Below are positions 57,139-64,000 of a DNA stretch of 64,000 nucleotides, one piece after another. The stretch spans positions 2,094-66,093 of the forward strand of contig PADC01000009.1 of the NCBI GenBank assembly GCA_002700385.1, written 5' to 3'. Below the pieces are notes generated by a model. It made no database searches. It had not been told where the DNA came from and saw nothing but the letters and a program-made list of their open reading frames with translations. Position numbers and translations under genes: made by a program. Source of the stretch: Cycloclasticus sp. Its GTDB lineage: Bacteria; Pseudomonadota; Gammaproteobacteria; Methylococcales; Cycloclasticaceae. The number at the start of each line of letters is the position of its first letter. The first letter of the stretch is position 1.

Positions 57139-57438
57139 TTAAATCGGCTCAATGTCTAAATATTTAGACTCAGGAGGAGCCGTCAATAAGGCGCCCAGTC
57201 TTTCTAAATCACCTCGCTCCCCACGCCATGCCACATAACTTTCATGATCGGCACGTGTGTCCCACTGTTCAAGCAGCACTATATTATTTGGGTTGTCGCT
57301 ATTATGCGTCACTACAATACTTTGACACCCCTTAAAAGTTCGTGTATCCGGTAAAATCGATGCTAGGATCGACAGCAGTTCTTCACGAGACTCGGTACTG
57401 ACTTTTAAATCCAAGATAACATTTATTGACATACTCAC
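57139..57438 (-). CDS. Small ABM-like (antibiotic biosynthesis monooxygenase fold) protein
   Basis: 99 aa. Size and an alternating beta-alpha pattern with conserved W/H (EQWDTRADHESYVAWR) fit ABM domains. Confidence 0.45.
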   Translation of the reverse strand: MSMSINVILDLKVSTESREELLSILASILPDTRTFKGCQSIVVTHNSDNPNNIVLLEQWDTRADHESYVAWRGERGDLERLGALLTAPPESKYLDIEPI

Positions 57439-57834
57439 CCTCTTTTTTAAAATTTATTAATAATTTATACTCGGTAAACAGCCCCTTCACTTTTCCCAAT
57501 TAATAATAGCAATCAGAAAAGAGCGCTAGGTTTTGATAACCGCCTCGTCTATTATGACTCCCCTATTCTCACCAATCACAAGAGAGGTTGCACTTAAAAA
57601 AGTACTTTTTTATGATAACAATCACCTCTGGCATAACCTGCTCAACAATGCCTACAGTCAGGGTAAAGATCATTGAATGCTGGGTAAGTCGATCTTATTT
57701 ATTATTGCTTACAAGCAAAACGCCTTATTTTTTCCTGAATAAGCCTTTTACTTACATATTCACATCGACGATTGGACGAAAGCTCATTGAACTGCTTTAA
57801 TCTTCTCAAGATAATTCTAATAATAAGTGTTCCC

Positions 57835-59211
57835 ATGATGATAAAAAGAATACCTCTCATCCTTTTTTTCCTAGTCAACACGACCGCCATTGCCGACACA
57901 TCGCATGCGTATGCAAATGCAGTGCTTGATGCACTTCAAAAAAAAGGAATTTTAAACGCTCAGGAAGTCGCAGACATTAAAAAGCAAGCCTTGGTGGCTG
58001 AAGAAAAAGCAATGCAGACGGCCACAAAACCAAAACAAACCATACTCACCAAAACAACAAAAAATATAACGGCAGTCAAACAACAAGTTAATAGAGCCAG
58101 CCCCAACATAAAGATATGGGGAAAGTTGCAACCGCGTTATACATTCGTACCCTCAAAAAATGGTCTCGAGGGGACGAATAGTTTCACTTTGAGACGTGCA
58201 CGTTTAGGCTTTAATGGTTTTTTAGCGGATAACTTTGCTTATCGCTTTCAATACGAAGCGGCTAATGAAGCTCCTGGGCTTCCGAATGCGCAAAGAATAT
58301 TAGATGCCTGGGTCAGTTTTAAACACTTTGATGAGTCTATTGGCAGCCTTACCGTAGGCCAACAATTTGTACCCGGTTATACGCGCCGCCCACACAAAAC
58401 CGCCAGTGTGGAGCGCAAATTCAGCGAGGTGTTATCACCCGGTGCGGTTGGTAGAGCTCGAGGAATATCCATCAGAAAGGGTGATATGGGATTACCTGAA
58501 ACCAATTCTAAAGGCTATTTTGGTAATCGATTACATTACGCCGTTGGTTTGTTTAATAGCCCTGATCTTTCTTTAAACAATGATAACAATGACCTGATGT
58601 TTTCTTCGGCCTTTTCTATTCGCCCTACAGGCCACTCACCTAGCGATGACGAATACCAGTTCAAAGATAGACCACTTGCCTATAGCTTAGGAGCCGCCTA
58701 CAGTTTTTCAAAAGACTCAGGTACTCTGGATACAAAGTTCCAACCCAATGGCATTCGCTTGGACAATGAATGGCTCAGTTTTTTTGCAGATGTGCAAGCC
58801 CACCATTGGTGGGGTTGGGCTTCTTGGGCACAGTTCAACTCGGATGCAAAAGGTGGCATAGCACTTAATGCTCAAGGCAATAACACCAACTCATTAAGCT
58901 CAAGTGCTTTTACCTTAGGGCTTAGTCGGTCTTACTTGTTGAACTCTGAAAATATGGGCTGGGCATGGGCTGTACAATACCAGCATGTCAATAATGAACA
59001 CCCATCACGAACGATGTTCTTCAGGCCTCTAACCGGCACATCAGCAGATGAACTGGCCCGTGGAATGAATCAAGGAAGTGTTTACCAAACCATGTTTACT
59101 TGGCAGTTTGATAAAGACGTAAGACTGATCAATGAATTTTCTTACTATGAACCGAGTGATGGTGGTTTTAGCTACCCTGCTTTTATTAGTCAACTACAGG
59201 TGGCTTTTTAA
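57835..59211 (+). CDS. Outer-membrane porin, phosphate-selective porin O/P family-like
   Basis: Signal peptide MMIKRIPLILFFLVNTTAIA. IKIWGKLQPRYTF ... FTLRRARLGFNGF ... YRFQYEA resembles OprO/OprP. C-terminal aromatic F. Confidence 0.6.
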   Translation: MMIKRIPLILFFLVNTTAIADTSHAYANAVLDALQKKGILNAQEVADIKKQALVAEEKAMQTATKPKQTILTKTTKNITAVKQQVNRASPNIKIWGKLQPRYTFVPSKNGLEGTNSFTLRRARLGFNGFLADNFAYRFQYEAANEAPGLPNAQRILDAWVSFKHFDESIGSLTVGQQFVPGYTRRPHKTASVERKFSEVLSPGAVGRARGISIRKGDMGLPETNSKGYFGNRLHYAVGLFNSPDLSLNNDNNDLMFSSAFSIRPTGHSPSDDEYQFKDRPLAYSLGAAYSFSKDSGTLDTKFQPNGIRLDNEWLSFFADVQAHHWWGWASWAQFNSDAKGGIALNAQGNNTNSLSSSAFTLGLSRSYLLNSENMGWAWAVQYQHVNNEHPSRTMFFRPLTGTSADELARGMNQGSVYQTMFTWQFDKDVRLINEFSYYEPSDGGFSYPAFISQLQVAF

Positions 59212-59984
59212 TGGTTCAAGAACACTATATTCAAGCCGCTAATCGGCGTCTTCGTACTCAGCTTTATGGAGAAATAGAACCTGATAAAACCACGTTAGTC
59301 TTTATTCATGGGGCAATAGATGGCATTGAGATGTGGCGTAATTTTCCGCAACAAGTACATGAAAGAACACAGCTCCCTGTCATTGTTTATGAACGTTGGG
59401 GACACGGAAAGTCAGATCCATTAACAGCATTTCGCAAAGGAGATACCCGACCAGAAGAAGCCAACGAACCCCTTAACGACCTATTCCAACATTATGACTT
59501 GAAAAAAGTGGCTCTCATTGGACATAGTTATGGAGGAATTATCTCACTTATTGCCGCAAGCTATCATGCTGAGACGATTCAAGGCGTGGTTTCTATCGTT
59601 CCTCAAATGGTAATACACCCACTGTGCGTCAATGGCGTAAACGACGCTAAAAATGCTTTTGAAAATGGCAATCTCCGTGAAAAGCTCTATAAATTTCATG
59701 GCGAAGGCACTGAAATCTTATTTTATGACTGGGTCCATCGTGTTCATGACGAAGCGTATCAAAAACAGGATTGCTCATCTTTTTTAAGTCAAATTACATG
59801 CCCCGTTTTGCAAATCTACGGTAAAGATGATGTATTTGGCTATTTACCCAACCTTGAGCTTTCAAAAACCCACATTTCAGCCGACTTGTCTATCATAGAA
59901 ATACCCAACGCCGGCCACTATGTCCATTTAGAAGCAACAAAAAATGTGATCAATGAAATAAAGGCATTTTGCTTAACCATCTAA
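59211..59984 (+). CDS. Alpha/beta-fold hydrolase
   Basis: 257 aa. LVFIHGA, nucleophile elbow GHSYGG, C-terminal GHYVHLE. Confidence 0.75.
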   Translation: MVQEHYIQAANRRLRTQLYGEIEPDKTTLVFIHGAIDGIEMWRNFPQQVHERTQLPVIVYERWGHGKSDPLTAFRKGDTRPEEANEPLNDLFQHYDLKKVALIGHSYGGIISLIAASYHAETIQGVVSIVPQMVIHPLCVNGVNDAKNAFENGNLREKLYKFHGEGTEILFYDWVHRVHDEAYQKQDCSSFLSQITCPVLQIYGKDDVFGYLPNLELSKTHISADLSIIEIPNAGHYVHLEATKNVINEIKAFCLTI

Positions 59985-60241
59985 TTTGATCTGTGTAACG
60001 TTTCCTTACCCAAATATAACGCTGCTGTCATCACCCTTACGCCTTCTGAGCTTCGCAATCTGCCAGAAAATGCCAAACGAATGACAAACCCTTTATGTCA
60101 GGCAATAACCAATATAAGTTTTCGTGTGTTCGAGCCCCTTCATTAAATAACCTGAGTTAAAACATCGGTTTCTTGGAAAGACCGCTTCTAGCCGAGGAAA
60201 ACAAGATTCAATCAAATAAGTCAGAGCGAGAAAATGAACAT

Positions 60242-60268
60242 AAAAAAAGCCCTTGAACATCAAGGGCT
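60242..60268 (-). terminator. Rho-independent terminator of tRNA-Ser
   Basis: AGCCCTTG aacat CAAGGGCT preceded on + by A7, giving a U run on the minus strand. Lies 15 nt past the tRNA 3' end. Confidence 0.7.
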
Positions 60269-60282
60269 TAAATTATTTAAAA

Positions 60283-60372
60283 TGGCGGAGAGACAGGGAT
60301 TCGAACCCTGGAAGGGTTTGACCCCTTGCCGGTTTTCAAGACCGGTGCATTCAACCGCTCTGCCATCTCTCC
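60283..60372 (-). tRNA. tRNA-Ser (anticodon UGA)
   Basis: The reverse complement reads GGAGAGATGGCAGAGCGGTTGAATGCACCGGTCTTGAAAACCGGCAAGGGGTCAAACCCTTCCAGGGTTCGAATCCCTGTCTCTCCGCCA. Anticodon loop CTTGAAA, long variable arm, encoded CCA. Confidence 0.9.
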
Positions 60373-60567
60373 AGGTTAATAAGCGATTATATCCAAAGAC
60401 ACGCAAAAAATGCTTTAGAGGCGCGCATATTACTTAACTCTGAACTTTTTTTCCAGCGTAAATGTTAAAAGACTTGAAGTATTTTTTTGAAGACGTAAGA
60501 TTGAACTTTATTTTCTCGTGCCAGTCATATGGCCGAGTATTTTGTTAATTACAAATGAGGTGTTCTA

Positions 60568-61239
60568 GTGAACCAATTTAATCAATCCATTTCTCGTAGC
60601 GAAGAAAGCATTCTTGCCACCAACAAGGTATTGAAAAATACCTATATGCTCCTTGCAATGACATTAATTTTCAGTGCTGGAACTGCTGGCTTATCCATGA
60701 GTTTAAACCTTCCACATCCCGGAATGATTATTACACTTGTGGGTTATATTGGCTTGCTGTGGCTGACGTCCACATTCAGAAACAGTGGATTAGGTATTGT
60801 CTGTGTGTTTGCCTTAACCGGTTTTATGGGCATGACACTGGGCCCTATTCTTAATATGTACCTACAGGCTTACTCAAATGGTCATGAGTTAATCATGACA
60901 TCGCTTGGTGGAACGGGCGTTATCTTCCTAGGACTATCTGGCTATGCCTTAACTACTAAAAAAGATTTTAGCTTTATTTCCGGCTTTCTAATGGTCGGCA
61001 TTTTAGTGGCTTTTCTGGCGGGCCTTGGTGCAATGATCTTTAGCATTCCTGCCTTATCACTTGGTGTATCAGCCATGTTTATTATGTTAATGTCTGGCAT
61101 GATTCTTTATCAAACAAGTGAAATTATTCACGGTGGTGAAACAAACTATGTCATGGCGACTGTTTCACTGTACATCAGCTTGTTCAACTTATTCACGAGT
61201 CTACTGCATATTCTTGGTGCGGTGAATGGTCGTGATTAA
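60568..61239 (+). CDS. yccA: BAX inhibitor-1/YccA-family membrane protein
   Basis: 223 aa, GTG start behind GAGGTG. Seven hydrophobic helices and the family-typical N-terminus (VLKNTYMLLAMTL). Confidence 0.75.
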   Translation: MNQFNQSISRSEESILATNKVLKNTYMLLAMTLIFSAGTAGLSMSLNLPHPGMIITLVGYIGLLWLTSTFRNSGLGIVCVFALTGFMGMTLGPILNMYLQAYSNGHELIMTSLGGTGVIFLGLSGYALTTKKDFSFISGFLMVGILVAFLAGLGAMIFSIPALSLGVSAMFIMLMSGMILYQTSEIIHGGETNYVMATVSLYISLFNLFTSLLHILGAVNGRD

Positions 61240-61256
61240 TTGAAAGTTTTAGCTCC

Positions 61257-61287
61257 AAAAAAAAGCCCCGAGTTTGGGGCTTTTTTT
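61257..61287. terminator. Bidirectional rho-independent terminator between yccA and serS
   Basis: A8, GCCCC gagttt GGGGC, T7, placed between convergent genes. Confidence 0.8.
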
Positions 61288-61301
61288 ATGCTGCCTATTT
61301 A

Positions 61302-62579
61302 TTACAACGATATTGAAGTGAGTTTTCCCATATAAGGCTGTAACGCATCGGGAACCTTGATAGAACCATCTGCTTGTTGGTAATTCTCCATAACGGCTAT
61401 TAAGGTACGCCCTACGGCTAAACCTGAACCATTAATTGTATGAACCAATTCTGGTTTTCCTGTTTCCGGGTTGCGCCACCGCGCTTTTAAACGGCGAGCC
61501 TGAAAGTCCCTAAAGTTGCTGCATGATGAAATTTCACGGTAGGTATTTTGTCCGGGTAGCCAGACTTCAAGGTCATACGTTTTGGATGATGAAAAACCGG
61601 TATCGCCAGAGCAAAGTAGCATTAAACGATACGGTAAATTTAACGCTTGCAGGATACTTTCTGCATGATGTGTCAACGCTTCATGCGCCTGTTCAGAGTC
61701 TGACGCTTTTACAATTTGCACCAATTCAACTTTTTCAAATTGGTGCTGACGAATCATCCCTCTAACATCCCTACCGTAAGCGCCCGCTTCACTTCTAAAA
61801 CATGGCGTATGTGCCACATATTTAAGCGGCATGTCATCGGCAGCAATAATTTCATCACGAACTAAATTGGTGACCGGCACTTCTGCTGTTGGAATTAAAT
61901 AGTAAGGTGAATCATTCGCCATCTTGAATAAATCTTCTTCAAACTTAGGCAATTGCCCTGTACCCAGCAAACTTTCTTTATTCACTAAATAGGGAACATA
62001 CGTTTCTTGATAACCATGCTGATCGGTGTGCATATCCAACATAAATTGTGTTAGTGCACGTTGCAATCTAGCCAAAGGCCCAGTCAATGTAACAAATCGA
62101 GATCCGGCAATTTTTGCCCCCAATTCAAAATTTATGCCTGCAAGCGATTGCCCTAAATCGACGTGGTCTTTTACATCGAAATCATAGTCGGGAATATTCC
62201 CCCAAGTACGAAGCTCTATATTGTCGTCTTCATCTTTTCCATCAGGGACTTCTTCAGCCAACACATTGGGTAAGGACAGTTGAATATCATGTAATTCAGA
62301 CAAAATACCTTGTAATTCGACTTCTGCGGCCTTCAAATCATCGCCTAGTTGCGAGACGCTATCTAACAATGGCTGAATATCCTCGCCTTTTGCCTTAGCG
62401 ATGCCAATAGATTTAGAACGCTTATTACGCTCATTTTGCAAATTCTGCGTCCTGATTTGAATCTCTTTACGCTGTGTTTCAAGCTGATTAAAAAAATCAA
62501 GATCAAGGTCTGCACCATGCTTTTGCATGGCTTTTTTAACATCGTCTGGGTTGTTTCTTAAAAGCTGGGGATCAAGCAT
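61302..62579 (-). CDS. serS: Seryl-tRNA synthetase
   Basis: 425 aa. N-terminal coiled-coil arm ([12 protein letters not shown]), class II motifs [25 protein letters not shown] and [18 protein letters not shown]. Confidence 0.9.
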   Translation of the reverse strand: MLDPQLLRNNPDDVKKAMQKHGADLDLDFFNQLETQRKEIQIRTQNLQNERNKRSKSIGIAKAKGEDIQPLLDSVSQLGDDLKAAEVELQGILSELHDIQLSLPNVLAEEVPDGKDEDDNIELRTWGNIPDYDFDVKDHVDLGQSLAGINFELGAKIAGSRFVTLTGPLARLQRALTQFMLDMHTDQHGYQETYVPYLVNKESLLGTGQLPKFEEDLFKMANDSPYYLIPTAEVPVTNLVRDEIIAADDMPLKYVAHTPCFRSEAGAYGRDVRGMIRQHQFEKVELVQIVKASDSEQAHEALTHHAESILQALNLPYRLMLLCSGDTGFSSSKTYDLEVWLPGQNTYREISSCSNFRDFQARRLKARWRNPETGKPELVHTINGSGLAVGRTLIAVMENYQQADGSIKVPDALQPYMGKLTSISL

Positions 62580-62598
62580 ATAGCTTTCCTATCTTTTG

Positions 62599-62901
62599 TT
62601 AGTGTTGTTCAGCTAACCAACTGACGGCTTGGCTGATATTAAAATGTTCTTTCAGATATTTAACGGCCTGAAGCACCTTGGTTGATTCATCAAAAAACTC
62701 AACCATGATGGGTAAATCAAAGGATAAGTCAATTAAGGATGCCTCATGTAGCTGACCGGACGAACCATACCCTTCAATTCCTCTAAAAACCGTAGCACCT
62801 GCGATAGCTTCATTATCATGCAAATATTTTATAATCTCGCTTAATTGGTGATCCGCTTCCGTTAGATAAATACGAGCAACTCTCACTGCCTCTTTTCTCA
62901 T
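62599..62901 (-). CDS. DUF190-domain protein (CrcB-associated)
   Basis: 100 aa. ARIYLTE ... GATVFRGIEGYG pattern of DUF190; immediately downstream of crcB. Confidence 0.6.
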   Translation of the reverse strand: MRKEAVRVARIYLTEADHQLSEIIKYLHDNEAIAGATVFRGIEGYGSSGQLHEASLIDLSFDLPIMVEFFDESTKVLQAVKYLKEHFNISQAVSWLAEQH

Positions 62902-62949
62902 AATTGCCTCATAATTGCCTCATAATTGCCTCATAATTGCCTCATAATT
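62898..62949. repeat. 11-bp tandem repeat (4 perfect copies + 1 partial) spanning the crcB stop and the DUF190 start
   Basis: Plus-strand unit TCATAATTGCC at 62898, 62909, 62920 and 62931, plus a partial copy at 62942. On the minus strand the unit is ATTATGAGGCA, each copy carrying an ATG and a GAGG. Confidence 0.9.
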
Positions 62950-63308
62950 TGCAAACCTATCCAAGCGGCCAGCACACATAAAATAACACTCGCAAGAACA
63001 TTGGCCATGGCCTTCAGTAGATCGCCTTGTTCGATTAAGTTGACTGTTTCAATTGAAAAGGTTGAAAACGTAGTAAAAGCCCCTAAAAAGCCAACAAGTA
63101 AAATCGCCCTGACCTCAGGGGAAACTGATAAGCGTTGCAAAAACAGTTCATATAATAACCCCATTAACAACGAGCCCAATACATTAACCACTAAGGTGCC
63201 ATAGGGGAAACCGCGACCCAGCCAGCTATAAATACCGGTTGAGACAATAAAGCGCATCACCGCACCAATTGATCCGCCCGCAGCAATTGCAAGAAGTTGA
63301 GTCATCAA
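62931..63308 (-). CDS. crcB: Fluoride ion channel CrcB/FluC
   Basis: 125 aa, four TM helices. GGSIGAVMRF and GFLGAFTTFSTF motifs. Confidence 0.85.
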   Translation of the reverse strand: MMTQLLAIAAGGSIGAVMRFIVSTGIYSWLGRGFPYGTLVVNVLGSLLMGLLYELFLQRLSVSPEVRAILLVGFLGAFTTFSTFSIETVNLIEQGDLLKAMANVLASVILCVLAAWIGLQIMRQL

Positions 63309-63314
63309 ATTAAA

Positions 63315-64000
63315 TTAACGCTGATTGATTAAAGCCTGCATTTTACTGGCATTTGGCGATTCAATCACCCCTTTTTCCGTCACTATCACCGTTATTAAAT
63401 CGGCTGGGGTAACATCAAAGACCGGATTTAACGCACTGACTTCAGTTTGATTGTAACATTTCGGCAAAATTTCCTCTGCCGAACGGGATTCAATAATAAC
63501 GTCCTCACCTGACTGTGCATTAAAATTAATCGTCGTTGTAGGAGCCACGGTCATTAACTTGACGCCATGGTATTTCGCCAGTACTGCCAACGAGTATGTA
63601 CCCACTTTATTAACAATATCGCCGTTCAAACACACACTATCCGCTCCAACAATAATCCAGTCAATCTCCCCTTTTTTCATCAGCGTTGCTGCTGCGCTAT
63701 CAGCGAGCAAAGTGACTGGGATTTTTTCTTTATGAAACTCCCAAAGTGTTAGCCGCGATCCTTGATTCCATGGACGTGTTTCACCCGCATAAATATTGTC
63801 AATAACGCCTTGTTGAAAACCGGTTCGAATAACCCCTAGAGCCGTTCCGTATCCGCCTGTAGCCAAGGCCCCTGCATTACAATGTGTTAATACACGACTT
63901 CCTTGCTTCAAATAATGCGCGCCTAATTTACTCATGCTTTTATTGGCCGCAATGTCTTCATTAAACCAGCCATTTGCCCAGGCCAAGAGGTTATTTGTTG
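63315..64000 (-). CDS. mtnA: S-methyl-5-thioribose-1-phosphate isomerase (partial; N-terminus beyond the window)
   Basis: THCNAGALATGGYGTALGVIR, ETRPWNQGSRLT, IIVGADSVCLNGDIVNKVGTY. The frame is open to the window edge. Confidence 0.8.
   Translation of the reverse strand, partial: TNNLLAWANGWFNEDIAANKSMSKLGAHYLKQGSRVLTHCNAGALATGGYGTALGVIRTGFQQGVIDNIYAGETRPWNQGSRLTLWEFHKEKIPVTLLADSAAATLMKKGEIDWIIVGADSVCLNGDIVNKVGTYSLAVLAKYHGVKLMTVAPTTTINFNAQSGEDVIIESRSAEEILPKCYNQTEVSALNPVFDVTPADLITVIVTEKGVIESPNASKMQALINQR

Noticed and set aside
60234-60437. 67-aa plus-strand ORF
   Set aside because: It lies antisense across the tRNA-Ser(UGA) gene and its terminator, so it is an artefact.
62898-62949. Tandem repeat as a possible CRISPR array
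   Set aside because: The 11-bp units are directly abutting with no spacers, and no cas genes are present. It is reported instead as a coupling-junction repeat.
63309-63314. Expectation of a fluoride riboswitch upstream of crcB
   Set aside because: Only 6 nt separate crcB from the upstream mtnA gene, leaving no room for the about 60-nt riboswitch. Any such element would lie beyond the window.
1-64000. Transposases, IS elements, prophage genes, toxin-antitoxin pairs and known multi-gene defence systems
   Set aside because: No ORF in the track shows DDE/HUH transposase, recombinase, capsid/terminase or classic TA motifs. The only mobility signature found is the attC array.

Overview
This is a 64-kb chromosomal window from a moderately AT-rich, probably marine gammaproteobacterium; the taxon cannot be fixed from the sequence alone. 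It is mostly acyl-CoA/lipid catabolism interrupted by one clear accessory island. Layout: (1) 0.1-6.5 kb: a Baeyer-Villiger monooxygenase, esterase, aldehyde dehydrogenase and alcohol dehydrogenase set with an AraC regulator. (2) 6.5-12.3 kb: a minus-strand beta-oxidation-like operon headed by a TetR gene. (3) 12.4-20.7 kb: the divergent liu/sco operon for leucine/isovalerate catabolism (liuA, thiolase, liuB, liuD, liuE, scoAB). (4) 20.7-29.1 kb: an integron-type gene-cassette array with ten recognisable attC sites and about twelve small co-oriented ORFs. No integrase is present in the window, so it looks like a CALIN (cluster of attC sites lacking an integrase). It ends in a truncated attC. 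Beyond that lies a 5'-truncated GGDEF gene bracketed by 68-bp direct repeats. (5) 31.5-38.8 kb: a minus-strand envelope/lipid-headgroup operon (TM-anchored class-III aminotransferase, PHP-phosphoesterase::GT4 fusion, PSD-like decarboxylase, DUF962-like protein, ugd). (6) 39-57 kb: a large acyl-CoA catabolic cluster with several ACADs including an overlapping pair, hydratases, SDRs (one frameshifted in a homopolymer), an acyl-CoA synthetase, a family III CoA-transferase and an embedded MoxR-VWA pair. (7) 57-64 kb: housekeeping genes (OprO/P-like porin, hydrolase, tRNA-Ser, yccA, serS, DUF190, crcB, mtnA). The crcB/DUF190 junction carries an unusual 11-bp tandem repeat. All functional calls come from reading motifs in the supplied translations; no database search was possible.
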